The notes: generated by a model not told the origin, from the sequence alone. A stretch of 64,000 bases of DNA from Gammaproteobacteria bacterium (GCA_965238175.1 CBDEGZ010000003.1:928001-992000); one strand, 5' to 3'; numbered from the stretch's first letter, positions 10,832-20,385 are shown. Numbers and translations are program-made.

Positions 10832-10966
10832 ATGACTGATCAAGATCAAAATTATAGTAAAAAAGATATGGCAGCGCGTAGCGCTGCCACTAATCGTACT
10901 GTCGGTTTTTTAGTTTTACTTGTTGTTAGTATTTACGGTGGTTACATTTTTTATCACTATATGTGA
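10832..10966 (+). CDS. Small (44 aa) single-TM protein between coxA and ctaG, possible oxidase small subunit
   Basis: Manual translation: MTDQDQNYSKKDMAARSAATNRTVGFLVLLVVSIYGGYIFYHYM*. Its stop overlaps the next ORF start. Confidence 0.55.
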   Translation: MTDQDQNYSKKDMAARSAATNRTVGFLVLLVVSIYGGYIFYHYM

Positions 10967-11532
10967 TTCACAGAGAAGGGCATATTTTGAAAAAGGAAGG
11001 AATCAAATTAACGACGAAGAGATTGTATCTGCTTGCTATCTTTATGTTTGGCTTTGGTTTTGCATTGGTTCCTATATATAACGTTTTTTGTGAAGTCACC
11101 GGTTTAAATGGGAAAACTGGAGAGCTCGCTGTTAGCGAAACTGAAGCACTTGTTGTGGATGAAGATAGATTGGTGACTGTTGAGTTTGATACTAATTTAA
11201 ACGAAGAGTTGCCTTGGAGTTTTACTGCAAAAGAATACAAAATGAAAGTGCATCCAGGTCAGGTTTCTGATGCAATTTTTGTGGTTAAGAACAAGACTAG
11301 TCGGTCAATAATTGGTCAAGCAATACCAAGTGTGGCACCAGCACAAGCATCTCTATTTTTTAACAAAACAGAATGTTTTTGTTTTACACGACAAACTTTA
11401 CAAGCACATGAAGAGCGTGAAATGTTAGTGCGGTTTGTCGTTGATACAAAATTGCCCGAAAAAATAGAAACAATGACGCTTTCTTATACATTCTTTTTAG
11501 CCACGGATGAAAATGAAATTACAAAACTCTGA
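10963..11532 (+). CDS. ctaG: Cytochrome c oxidase assembly protein CtaG/Cox11
   Basis: FALVPIYNVFCEVTGLNGKT and FNKTECFCF motifs. Confidence 0.95.
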   Translation: MIHREGHILKKEGIKLTTKRLYLLAIFMFGFGFALVPIYNVFCEVTGLNGKTGELAVSETEALVVDEDRLVTVEFDTNLNEELPWSFTAKEYKMKVHPGQVSDAIFVVKNKTSRSIIGQAIPSVAPAQASLFFNKTECFCFTRQTLQAHEEREMLVRFVVDTKLPEKIETMTLSYTFFLATDENEITKL

Positions 11533-11602
11533 ATGATTGAAGTTTGATGAAGCAGTTTATTAAGTAGAAATTAAAAAGAAGTAATAATATAGAGGAAAAA
11601 TT

Positions 11603-12487
11603 ATGTCTGATTCTGAAACTTATTTTATTCCAGAACCAAGCGCTTGGCCGATAGTTGGTTCGGCTGCTCTGTTCATTGCCTTTGTTGGTGGTGCATTGTT
11701 TCTGAATGGGTCAATGCCAATGTTCGGATCATTTGTTCTTGGACTAGGTATTGCAGCCATTATTTATATGTACTTTGGTTGGTTTTCAGACGTTATCGAT
11801 GAGAGCTTGGCAGGAAAATACAGTAGCCAGGTGGATATTAGTTTCCGGTGGGGGATGGCCTGGTTCATATTCTCAGAAGTAATGTTCTTCGCGGCCTTTT
11901 TTGGCGCCCTTTATTATGCCCGAGTTTTATCAGTTCCATGGCTTGGGGGGGAAGGAGCGGGTCTTCTGACTAACCAGGTTTTATGGCCTGATTTTGCACC
12001 TGAATGGCCAATTGATGTTGTTCCAGATTTTGCTCAGTTTACAGCCCACATATATGACGAAGTTATTCATGCGTGGGGTGTACCTGCAATTAACACGGCG
12101 ATACTTCTTTTAAGTGGTGTGACAGTTACCTTTGCTCACTGGGCTCTTAAAAAAGATAATCAGAAAGGTCTGGTTACTTGGTTATTGATTACCGTGTTAC
12201 TTGGTGTCCTTTTTGTATACCTACAAGCTCTTGAATATCATGAAGCGTACAGCGTATTAAATCTTAAAATGTCTTCAGGTATTTATGGTTCGACTTTCTT
12301 TATGTTAACTGGCTTCCATGGTTTTCACGTAACAATGGGTACATTGATGCTAGCTGTGATCATGTTCAGAGCAATGAAAGGACATTTCACACATGAAAAT
12401 CATTTTGCTTTTGAAGCAGTTGCCTGGTATTGGCATTTTGTAGATGTGGTTTGGTTAGGATTGTTTATTTTTGTTTATTGGTTGTAA
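11603..12487 (+). CDS. coxC: Cytochrome c oxidase subunit III
   Basis: WFIFSEVMFF, TGFHGFHV and WYWHFVDVVW motifs. Confidence 0.96.
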   Translation: MSDSETYFIPEPSAWPIVGSAALFIAFVGGALFLNGSMPMFGSFVLGLGIAAIIYMYFGWFSDVIDESLAGKYSSQVDISFRWGMAWFIFSEVMFFAAFFGALYYARVLSVPWLGGEGAGLLTNQVLWPDFAPEWPIDVVPDFAQFTAHIYDEVIHAWGVPAINTAILLLSGVTVTFAHWALKKDNQKGLVTWLLITVLLGVLFVYLQALEYHEAYSVLNLKMSSGIYGSTFFMLTGFHGFHVTMGTLMLAVIMFRAMKGHFTHENHFAFEAVAWYWHFVDVVWLGLFIFVYWL

Positions 12488-12509
12488 GAAACCAGATCAA
12501 AGATTGAAT

Positions 12510-12537
12510 AAAAAAGCGCCTATATGGCGCTTTTTTT
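12510..12537 (+). terminator. Rho-independent terminator (bidirectional shape)
   Basis: AAAAAA-GCGCC-TATAT-GGCGC-TTTTTTT immediately after coxC. Confidence 0.85.
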
Positions 12538-12770
12538 GTGTTGAATTAAGCCGTAGGTAGAAAAGTAATTTTTTATTGACTGCGTCCTGATCTACAAATT
12601 TACTAAACTTGTATTAGTAAAAATTAATATAGACATAAATTACTGCGTTTGGAGGTGTTCAAATGTGGTTTGTCATATTTCATGTCTTAGCAATTTTAGT
12701 ATTGATCAGACATTTTAGTGGTTTGTTGTTTGGAATTTTAGTTTTTGTCGCTGCGATATTTTTATGATTC

Positions 12771-12862
12771 AAAAAGAAGGGGTGGGTTGCCATCCGTAGC
12801 AAGATGACTTCCTGTCAAAGGCCATCCTTAGGAGCCTGCATCCTGCTGCCACGCCCACCTGA
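12771..12862 (-). ncRNA. Probable CsrA/RsmA-sequestering small RNA (RsmY/RsmZ/CsrB-like)
   Basis: Minus strand has four ANGGA motifs in hairpin loops (gca-gcAGGA-tgc, taAGGAtg, tgac-AGGAA-gtca, ttgct-ACGGAT-ggcaa), a closing GGTGGG/CCCACC stem and a U-rich tail. Confidence 0.65.
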
Positions 12863-12924
12863 ATACAGTAACGGCAGGCGTGACAATAACTTTAAGAATG
12901 AAATGACTCGATTTTATTTTTGAG

Positions 12925-13473
12925 CTAAATTTTGCCGTCTAGACCCATTTGATAATACTTGTGAGTAAGAGAGTCCTGATTTTCCAATAACCAGTCAATA
13001 GATGGTTCATTATTCATAGCTTTGTGTATGGCTTGTGTGGTGGCTTTACGATGTATATCAAATAAGATTTTATGATCTAGATTGTCATCGGTCGCAACAG
13101 AAGGGTTTAACCATACTGATACGATGATTCCAAGATCATTTGCTTTTTCTTTAGGTATATCCCCTGCGCGTACGGCATCTAAAACACCATTCGCAATTGC
13201 ACCTTGGACAGTTCCCATCAGGATATTTGTATAACGGCTATTATTCACTGTGACTTTACTAACCATTAAAGTGACGGGCCGCACTTGTATATCTGTGTTC
13301 ATAATCGCAAAAACTCGCGAATGTCCTTTTACTTGATCGCCGGTCAAAGTAGCAAGTGCTGTCCCTACTGGGCCATCTAGCTCACCAATAATAATTTCTG
13401 GTTCCGCTGCTGTGCCGGGAGGGCCACCTGCTACCAATGCCTCACCGGTACGCATAATAATTCTTTCACTCAT
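12925..13473 (-). CDS. fae: Formaldehyde-activating enzyme family paralog (Fae-like)
   Basis: RTGEALV, GPVGTALA, VRPVTLMVSKVT and Q.AIANGVLDAVRAGDIPKEKANDL family motifs. Confidence 0.85.
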   Translation of the reverse strand: MSERIIMRTGEALVAGGPPGTAAEPEIIIGELDGPVGTALATLTGDQVKGHSRVFAIMNTDIQVRPVTLMVSKVTVNNSRYTNILMGTVQGAIANGVLDAVRAGDIPKEKANDLGIIVSVWLNPSVATDDNLDHKILFDIHRKATTQAIHKAMNNEPSIDWLLENQDSLTHKYYQMGLDGKI

Positions 13474-13627
13474 ATGTTTTCTCCTAAAATCAGCGATGGT
13501 ATCAGACAGTGAAGATTTTTTGTATTAAATAGTGAAGGTGACAATGAAACTATTAAGAATTGGGCGCTAAGAGAAAAAACGTTTTGTAGTTTAAGAAAAA
13601 AGCATACTACGAGATTTTGAAATTATT

Positions 13628-14149
13628 TTAAGGTAGTAATTTCGGCTTCATATAGTCTACTATTTGCCAAGCTCCTGATTGTGTAGAACTAGTGACATCG
13701 ATCAATTTTAGCACTGTTATCGCGGCCGTAGGCATCAGGTTTCCAGTTGCTTGTTTGGGGATTTGATTCCCACTGAGATATAAAATTAATTCACTCAGAC
13801 CTGGGTTATGACCGACGAGCATATTGATTTTATTTTGCTCTAGATCGCCAGTTATGATGGCTAATAACTGTGTAAGTTTTGCATTGTAAATGGAATGCTC
13901 CCATTGAATATTCTCTTGTGATAACGGCCAAGATTTTCCTACTAAATTAATTGTCTCTTTAACACGTTGAGCGGGTGAACAGATAACACGATCCGGCGTA
14001 TAATTTTGATCAATTATCCATTTGCCGATAAGAGGAGCATCTTTGTATCCGCGATCAGATAAAACGCGATCGAAATCAGGTTGATCACTGATATTCCAAT
14101 CAGATTTTGCGTGGCGCATAATGAGAAGCATTGTTGAATTCATAAGCAA
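13628..14149 (-). CDS. sixA: Histidine phosphatase family protein (SixA-like)
   Basis: MRHAKSDW, DFDRVLSDRG and LVGHNPG motifs. Confidence 0.85.
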   Translation of the reverse strand: MLMNSTMLLIMRHAKSDWNISDQPDFDRVLSDRGYKDAPLIGKWIIDQNYTPDRVICSPAQRVKETINLVGKSWPLSQENIQWEHSIYNAKLTQLLAIITGDLEQNKINMLVGHNPGLSELILYLSGNQIPKQATGNLMPTAAITVLKLIDVTSSTQSGAWQIVDYMKPKLLP

Positions 14150-14262
14150 AGGTTATCACAGAAAAAAGCATTGGTAATCTGTAGAGTTGATACTGACAGA
14201 CTAATTCAAAAGCCACTACTATATTAACTAAGTACTATGATAATAAAAGTTTGGAGATAAAC

Positions 14263-15537
14263 ATGAAGATTGAAACACTTGCAATACATGCCGGATATGA
14301 ACCGGACCCAACAACAAAAGCAGTCGCTGTACCGATTTATCAAACTACATCCTACGCATTCGATAACACTCAGCATGGGGCGGATCTTTTTGATCTAAAA
14401 GTTGAGGGTAATATCTATACCCGAATAATGAATCCAACAACTGCGGTTTTGGAGCAGCGCGTAGCAGCAATGGAAGGTGGTATAGGTGGGCTCGGATTAA
14501 GCTCTGGTATGTCAGCGATCACATATTCGATTATGACACTTGCGCAGGGTGGATCTAATATTATTAGTACGTCTACACTTTACGGCGGAACATACAATTT
14601 ATTTGCTCATACATTGCCGCAATATGGAATTGATGTTCGTTTTGCAGCTTCTTCTGATCTGGACAAAATGGCTTCCTTAATCGATGAAAATACCAGAGCA
14701 ATCTTCTGCGAATCTATTGGGAATCCAGCAGGGAATGTCGTTGATATCGAAGCGATTTCCGAAATGGCTCACAGTCATGGTATTCCAGTTATTGTTGATA
14801 ATACAGTTCCTACGCCGTATTTATGTCAACCGATTAATTGGGGTTGCGATATTATCGTGCACTCTCTGACAAAATATATGGGTGGTCATGGAACCAGCAT
14901 TGGTGGTGTATTAGTAGATTCAGGTAAATTTGATTGGTCGGCAAACAAAGAACGGTTTGCATGCCTGAATGAACCTGATCCTTCCTATCATGGTGTGGTC
15001 TATACAGAAGCATTAGGACCAGCGGCATATATAGGTCGAGCGCGTGTGGTGCCACTGCGTAATATGGGAGCAGCAATTTCACCAATGAACAGCTTCCAGA
15101 TCCTTCAAGGTATCGAAACGCTACCTGTAAGAATGGATAGACATTGTGAAAATGCACTCGCGGCGGCAAAATATTTGCGTGATCTGCCACAAGTTGAATG
15201 GGTGAACTATTCTGGTTTGGATGATCATCCAGATCATGAGTTGGTTCAAAAATATATGGGTGGCCGGGCTGCCGGTCTTTTGTGTTTTGGAATTAAAGGC
15301 GGCAAAGAAGCAGGTGCAAAATTTATTGATGCACTGAAATTGATCACACGACTGGTTAATATTGGTGATGCAAAATCCTTAGCTTGTCATCCTGCCAGCA
15401 CAACTCATAGACAATTATCAGAAGACGAATTAGCAACCGCTGGCGTTAGTGAAGATTTGGTTAGACTTTCTATTGGTATAGAACATATTGACGATATTAT
15501 TGAGGATATTGAGCAGGCCCTAGCTGCAGCAAAATAA
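14263..15537 (+). CDS. metY: O-acetylhomoserine/O-acetylserine sulfhydrylase
   Basis: PIYQTTSY, IYTRIMNPT, HSLTKYMGGHG (PLP lysine) and HPASTTHRQL; ATG at 14263 follows GGAG. Confidence 0.93.
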   Translation: MKIETLAIHAGYEPDPTTKAVAVPIYQTTSYAFDNTQHGADLFDLKVEGNIYTRIMNPTTAVLEQRVAAMEGGIGGLGLSSGMSAITYSIMTLAQGGSNIISTSTLYGGTYNLFAHTLPQYGIDVRFAASSDLDKMASLIDENTRAIFCESIGNPAGNVVDIEAISEMAHSHGIPVIVDNTVPTPYLCQPINWGCDIIVHSLTKYMGGHGTSIGGVLVDSGKFDWSANKERFACLNEPDPSYHGVVYTEALGPAAYIGRARVVPLRNMGAAISPMNSFQILQGIETLPVRMDRHCENALAAAKYLRDLPQVEWVNYSGLDDHPDHELVQKYMGGRAAGLLCFGIKGGKEAGAKFIDALKLITRLVNIGDAKSLACHPASTTHRQLSEDELATAGVSEDLVRLSIGIEHIDDIIEDIEQALAAAK

Positions 15538-16469
15538 TGCAAAAAACGTTTTTTTTGATTGTAGTTCTATTAAGTGTACCCGCTTTGGCGATTGATGCCG
15601 AAACAGGTGCGCAGTATGCTGCAAAAGGAGATTATGCAACGGCATATAATATTTGGAAGGTTTTTGCTGAGGAAGGTGATCCACTGTCGCAGTTCTATTT
15701 GGGTGTTTTGTACGAAAAAGGTAGTGGTGTAGAAAAAGACTATCCACAAGCATTATTCTGGTATATCAAATCAGCCGAACAAGGTGTCGCAAAAGCAAGC
15801 TATAACATCGGTAATATGTTTTTTAATGGTCGTGGCGTAAGTCGGGATTATAAGGAAGCTGAACGGCGTTTTAGGCTTGCTGCCGAGCTGAACTACCCAC
15901 CTGCACAATATAATCTTGCTTACACCTTAGACAAAAGTTTAAATGGCGAAAAAAATCCAACAGAAGTATTTAACTGGTATTTAAAAGCAGCTAAAAATGG
16001 TGTGCAAAAAGCAAAATCTAAAGTTGGTAAAATGTATGAGGTTGGTATTGGTGCTGCACAGGATAAAGAAAAAGCGATCTACTGGTACGAAAAAGTTGTG
16101 AGTAAAGATCCTGAGATCCGGATCCGTTTAGCCAAACTATATCTTGATGATCAAAATCGGGTGGAAGAAGGGATCCGTTTATTACGATCAAGTGCTGAAA
16201 ACGGCGATAAACTAGCCCAGTATCAACTTGGTTATCTTTATGGGCAAGGAGAAAAAGTTAAGCAGGATTATGAGCAAGCCACTTTTTGGTATAAACGTGC
16301 AGCGAAACAACAAGTCCCTGAAGCACAATATCTTTTATGTCTTTCCTACTCCTTAGGCAAAGGTGTCCCAGTGGATATGGCCGTAGCCCAAGCCTGGTGT
16401 GAGGCAGCTGTAATAAACAAAGCAGAAGGTGCCGAAGAAGCGTTAAAAGAGATCAAAGAGTCGCGATGA
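15537..16469 (+). CDS. Secreted Sel1-like repeat protein
   Basis: Signal peptide and repeated AQY.LG..Y..G.GV..D...A..WY..AA units. Confidence 0.9.
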   Translation: MQKTFFLIVVLLSVPALAIDAETGAQYAAKGDYATAYNIWKVFAEEGDPLSQFYLGVLYEKGSGVEKDYPQALFWYIKSAEQGVAKASYNIGNMFFNGRGVSRDYKEAERRFRLAAELNYPPAQYNLAYTLDKSLNGEKNPTEVFNWYLKAAKNGVQKAKSKVGKMYEVGIGAAQDKEKAIYWYEKVVSKDPEIRIRLAKLYLDDQNRVEEGIRLLRSSAENGDKLAQYQLGYLYGQGEKVKQDYEQATFWYKRAAKQQVPEAQYLLCLSYSLGKGVPVDMAVAQAWCEAAVINKAEGAEEALKEIKESR

Positions 16470-16555
16470 TAATTGAGTAGATCAAAGGAGTGGCTATACT
16501 TGCACTAATGTTGAACCAAGAATAATAGAAGATTCGTTGAGTAAATTATTATTTC

Positions 16556-16634
16556 GTAGGGCAGCTTACTAGTGCATGGATGCACGTAGTTAGAACAATG
16601 CGGGGGCAATTGTTGAGCGCAGCGTAAGCCGGCA
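16556..16634. repeat. GTAG-type REP-like palindrome with an internal insert
   Basis: GTAGGGCAGCTTAC ... GCGCAGCGTAAGCCG arms enclosing the hairpin GTGCA-TGGA-TGCAC. Confidence 0.45.
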
Positions 16635-16746
16635 TTTAATCTTAATGAATAGAGCTGTGTTTAGTTTCGTGGTTCTGGTTAGATATAGCGTAATTTAGGA
16701 TAGATGGTGGCTGCATATTTAGGCTCTTAAATAAGTTCCATTGACG

Positions 16747-17211
16747 CTATTGTCCCGTTCGTCGGATCAATTCCATAATCTCTTCACGCAGTAGTAGGTC
16801 AGACAAAATGCTGTCATCTGCGCAAAGCAATTGTATATCCAATCCCTCTCTTCGCGCTATAAAGGAAGTCTTATGTAAAGTGCCAGAGACGCCGTTTATA
16901 ATGGAGGTGTCTGCTTTCACCATACCTAACAGGAACGCCGCTTGATCTGTTTTTTTCGAACCATCAATTATGGTTATCTCATAGTATTGCCGAGATAAAC
17001 GCAAAGCTATAGCCTCTGATCGCTTTCCTAGTGCAACCTTTGACTCAATAGATTTGTCTTCTATTTCAGCCATATCAATATGTTCGACAGCGTCCTCAAT
17101 GAGTGTCGGCGGTAAGCATGCCGTTGTTGCAGCTATAGGCCACAGTACAAAACAGATTAGTGTTAACTGTTTAGATATTATCTTCATTGAGGAATTATAT
17201 GCGTTTTCCAT
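16747..17211 (-). CDS. Hypothetical exported protein
   Basis: 154-aa ORF with a signal-like N-terminus; no recognisable motif. Confidence 0.55.
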   Translation of the reverse strand: MENAYNSSMKIISKQLTLICFVLWPIAATTACLPPTLIEDAVEHIDMAEIEDKSIESKVALGKRSEAIALRLSRQYYEITIIDGSKKTDQAAFLLGMVKADTSIINGVSGTLHKTSFIARREGLDIQLLCADDSILSDLLLREEIMELIRRTGQ

Positions 17212-17360
17212 ACCAGACAGCTATAAACTGCCTAATTCACAAATAGGGTTCTAGGTGAGTAGTTAATAAATAACCTGATGTGATGGTCTCCTCCCCCTAA
17301 CGGCATCTAGGTGCCATGATTGAACTGACATACACACAATCAAAAGAGGAGAAGACCAAA

Positions 17361-18374
17361 ATGAAGACTACAACAATCGGGTTAGACATAGCAAAAAACG
17401 TATTTCATGCTGTCTGCTGTAATCAACAAGGGCGTATAATCAAAAAGAAAATGTTAAAGCGAGCGCAGGTACTCTCCTTTTTTCAATCTCAACCTCCTTG
17501 TTTAGTCGCAATAGAATCTTGTGCAACGTCACAGTATTGGGCCCGAGCGATACAACAACAGGGACATCAGGTGAAATTACTACCACCTCAGCATGTTAAC
17601 GCATTTCTAATCGGCAATAAGAATGATTATAACGATGCCTTGGCCATCGCCGTTGCTGCGAAACAACCTCATTTAAAAAGTGTGGGCATTAAATCAGTTG
17701 AGCAACAAGACAACCAGGCACAACATAAAGCAAGAGACTTAGCGGTCAGACAAAGAACCGCATTATGTAACCAAATGAGAGCGCTTGTTGCAGAATATGG
17801 CATTAGCCTTCGTCCCGGCCTAAATACCCTACGTCAATCTATCCCGTTGCTATTAAGTGATGAGAACGAACGGTTGTCCGTTACTTTCAAAAGGATACTG
17901 CGCCAGCTAAAGGAACAATGGCAATCACTTGATGCCTGTATTGCGACATTTGACCAATTGATCATTCAATCGGCAAAAAACAATGCGATTTGCCAACGCT
18001 TACAAACTATTCCAGGGTTTGGGCCGATGGTCTCGAGCGCGTATTTTAATGAAGTGGGAAACGGCGCTCATTATCACAAAGGGCGCGATGTGTCCGCCTC
18101 ATTAGGACTTGTTCCACGACAGTACAGTAGTGGTGGTAAAGAGGTGCTACTGGGGATCAGTAAACGCGGCAATAAATACCTTCGTTGTTTGTTAATTCTA
18201 GGCGCGAAGGCCGTGGTATCAAGAGCCAAAACGAAAGGCGATAAACTGAGTCAATGGATTAATCGTTTAGTTGAGACGCGGGGGCATAATCGAGCGTGTG
18301 TGGCGTATGCCAACAAAATGGCAAGAATGGCCTGGGCTATAACGGTTTCTGGTGATGACTACTCACCGGCCTAA
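17361..18374 (+). CDS. IS110/IS1111 recombinase (DEDD RuvC-like domain plus catalytic Ser domain)
   Basis: GLDIAKNVF, AIES, KNDYNDA, GLVPRQYSSGGK and ISKRGNKYLR motifs. Confidence 0.95.
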   Translation: MKTTTIGLDIAKNVFHAVCCNQQGRIIKKKMLKRAQVLSFFQSQPPCLVAIESCATSQYWARAIQQQGHQVKLLPPQHVNAFLIGNKNDYNDALAIAVAAKQPHLKSVGIKSVEQQDNQAQHKARDLAVRQRTALCNQMRALVAEYGISLRPGLNTLRQSIPLLLSDENERLSVTFKRILRQLKEQWQSLDACIATFDQLIIQSAKNNAICQRLQTIPGFGPMVSSAYFNEVGNGAHYHKGRDVSASLGLVPRQYSSGGKEVLLGISKRGNKYLRCLLILGAKAVVSRAKTKGDKLSQWINRLVETRGHNRACVAYANKMARMAWAITVSGDDYSPA

Positions 18375-18424
18375 ATAGAGAGAACAAATCATTTCAACGA
18401 ATTGCGAAGGTAAAACTAAAGATG

Positions 18425-18570
18425 GCATAACAGGTCAAACCAGCCTATTGAAAACCTGTCGAGCTCAGGGGTAACTAATACCGATAACCTGATAAGGAAA
18501 ATAGGCGCGTAATACATCCAGGTCAGAAGTTGAAAACTTCATTGAAGGCCGTATATATGACAGCAATCCT
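18425..18570 (+). ncRNA. Bridge/seek RNA of the IS1111 element (boundaries approximate)
   Basis: Two internal-loop modules. ATAACCTG (18484-91) matches left flank plus core; ATATATGA (18553-60) and ACATC (18514-18) match the predicted circle junction. Confidence 0.75.
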
Positions 18571-18625
18571 GTCCCTGTTATCTGAATGTTTTATCTTGCA
18601 ATACGGGAGGAGACCATATATGAAC

Positions 18626-19851
18626 TGTAGAAGTTTAGACCCAATCTGACACATCACTAAATCAAGCGGAGCGTAGCGACGCTTGATTTAGTGAGAGTTA
18701 CCCGCTTTGATGTAACTGCAACGTAAACATCAAAACACAAAGAGGTAACTCTCATGATTCATACTAATGACAAAGTTATAAAACATAAAGTTGGTCTACT
18801 CAATCTCGCTGAAGAACTCGGCAATGTCTCAAAAGCCTGCAAGATGATGGGTTTGTCCAGAGATACATTTTATCGCTACAAAGAAGCGGCTGATGAAGGC
18901 GGTGTAGAAGCCTTGTTTGATCGTAATCGGCGTACCCCAAATCTTAAAAACAGAATCGACCCGGCTATTGAAACCGTTGTGCTCGAGTATGCACTGGAAG
19001 AGCCCGCACATGGTCAAACGCGCACCAGTAACGAGCTGCGCAAACGGGGAACATTTGTCTCACCCAGTGGCGTTCGTTGTATCTGGCTTCGTCATGGTCT
19101 TGCTTGCTTTAAAGATCGCCTGAAGGCATTGTCTGATAAGGTAGCTGGTGAAGGCTTGATCCTCACTGAGTCTCAAGTCGCGGCGATGGAACGCAAAAAA
19201 GACGACGATGAGGCTTGTGGCGAGATAGAGACGGCACACCCTGGTTATCTTGGCTCGCAAGATACTTACTATGTCGGTACTTTCAAAGGCATTGGTCGGG
19301 TTTATCAACAAACGTTTGTTGATACTTACAGCAAGGTCGCTCACGCGAAACTGTACCCGACTAAAACACCGATTACGGCAGCTGACATGCTCAATGACCG
19401 CGTCCTCCCATTCTACGAAGAACAACGTTTGCCTATGTTGCGCATTTTGACAGATAGAGGGACGGAGTATTGTGGGCGAGCTGACCAGCATGATTATCAG
19501 CTTTATATGGCGTTGAACAATATCGAACACACCAAAACCAAGGTCAAATCACCTCAGACGAATGGTATTTGTGAGCGATTCCATAAGACGATCCTCAATG
19601 AGTTTTATCAAGTCGCTTTGCGTAAGAAAATTTACCAATCGATTGATGAACTGCAACTCGACCTTGACGAATGGTTGCTCAAATACAATACTCAACGAAC
19701 TCACCAAGGCAAAATGTGCTGCGGGAGGACGCCGATGGAAACACTCATCGACGGACAAGCTATCTGGAAGGAAAAGTTTGTGAATTAAACTTAACCTGAC
19801 AGTCGGTTACTGATAATTGGGTAACTGTCAGATCAAATCTGAATTTCTACA
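18626..19851 (+). mobile_element. IS481 family IS, copy 1 (1226 bp)
   Basis: TGTAGAA...TTCTACA imperfect TIRs; matches the copies at 38251 and 45112; no flanking duplication visible. Confidence 0.93.
18754..19788 (+). CDS. IS481 family DDE transposase
   Basis: N-terminal HTH (NVSKACKMMGLSRDTFYRY); DDE residues in SQDT, TDRGTEY and NGICERFH. Confidence 0.95.
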   Translation: MIHTNDKVIKHKVGLLNLAEELGNVSKACKMMGLSRDTFYRYKEAADEGGVEALFDRNRRTPNLKNRIDPAIETVVLEYALEEPAHGQTRTSNELRKRGTFVSPSGVRCIWLRHGLACFKDRLKALSDKVAGEGLILTESQVAAMERKKDDDEACGEIETAHPGYLGSQDTYYVGTFKGIGRVYQQTFVDTYSKVAHAKLYPTKTPITAADMLNDRVLPFYEEQRLPMLRILTDRGTEYCGRADQHDYQLYMALNNIEHTKTKVKSPQTNGICERFHKTILNEFYQVALRKKIYQSIDELQLDLDEWLLKYNTQRTHQGKMCCGRTPMETLIDGQAIWKEKFVN

Positions 19852-19963
19852 GGTTAAGTAATAATAACCAAAGGGGCACATATTTATGTGCATCTTTTTT
19901 GTTTATCTTTCTACGTTATACTGATTTTGTAGGCCGTTACAATGGCACACAATTAATGCCCAC

Positions 19964-20385
19964 CTATTCGAATTTATACTTAATCAACTCACTATACTCA
20001 TCCATAAAATTAAAATACTGTCTATCATGGTTGATATAAATGCCCCACGTCCCATCTGTTTCAACTAGGGCGCCGACGCTCATAAACATTCTAGGATCAG
20101 TAAGATACTCGTAGGCATTCTTACATAACGCATCGCTATTAAGGTAAGAAACTTCTCTTTCTTCTATAGAAGATGTTCGATCTTCCCAATTTGATGTATA
20201 TAATTTTAAACATACACTTACTATCACTGTAACGATAGCTCATAATAGCCGACCCGCCGCCTTCACTAATCCAAGTAAAACCCAAAAGATTCCTCTCTGA
20301 CTGATAAAATAAGAGCAGCAAAAACCACTGAAATTATACCCAGCGTAATAAAGATTACCCGATATAGATATTGTTTAAATTTCAT
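19964..20385 (-). pseudogene. Frameshifted hypothetical membrane-anchored protein
   Basis: Three overlapping short ORFs (MKFKQYLYRVIF..., ...FTWISEGGGSAIM..., ...YTSNWEDR...) read as one gene with two frameshifts. Confidence 0.4.

Larger units (their letters stand above)
17276..18620 (+). mobile_element. IS110 family, IS1111-group insertion sequence
   Basis: Perfect 13-bp subterminal IRs ATGGTCTCCTCCC (17283-17295) and GGGAGGAGACCAT (18605-18617); TG core at 17276-77 and 18621-22; long 3' non-coding region. Confidence 0.9.

Noticed and set aside
18829-19783. Short overlapping ORFs inside IS481 (also in copies 2 and 3)
   Set aside because: Shadow frames of the transposase, repeated only because the IS is repeated.
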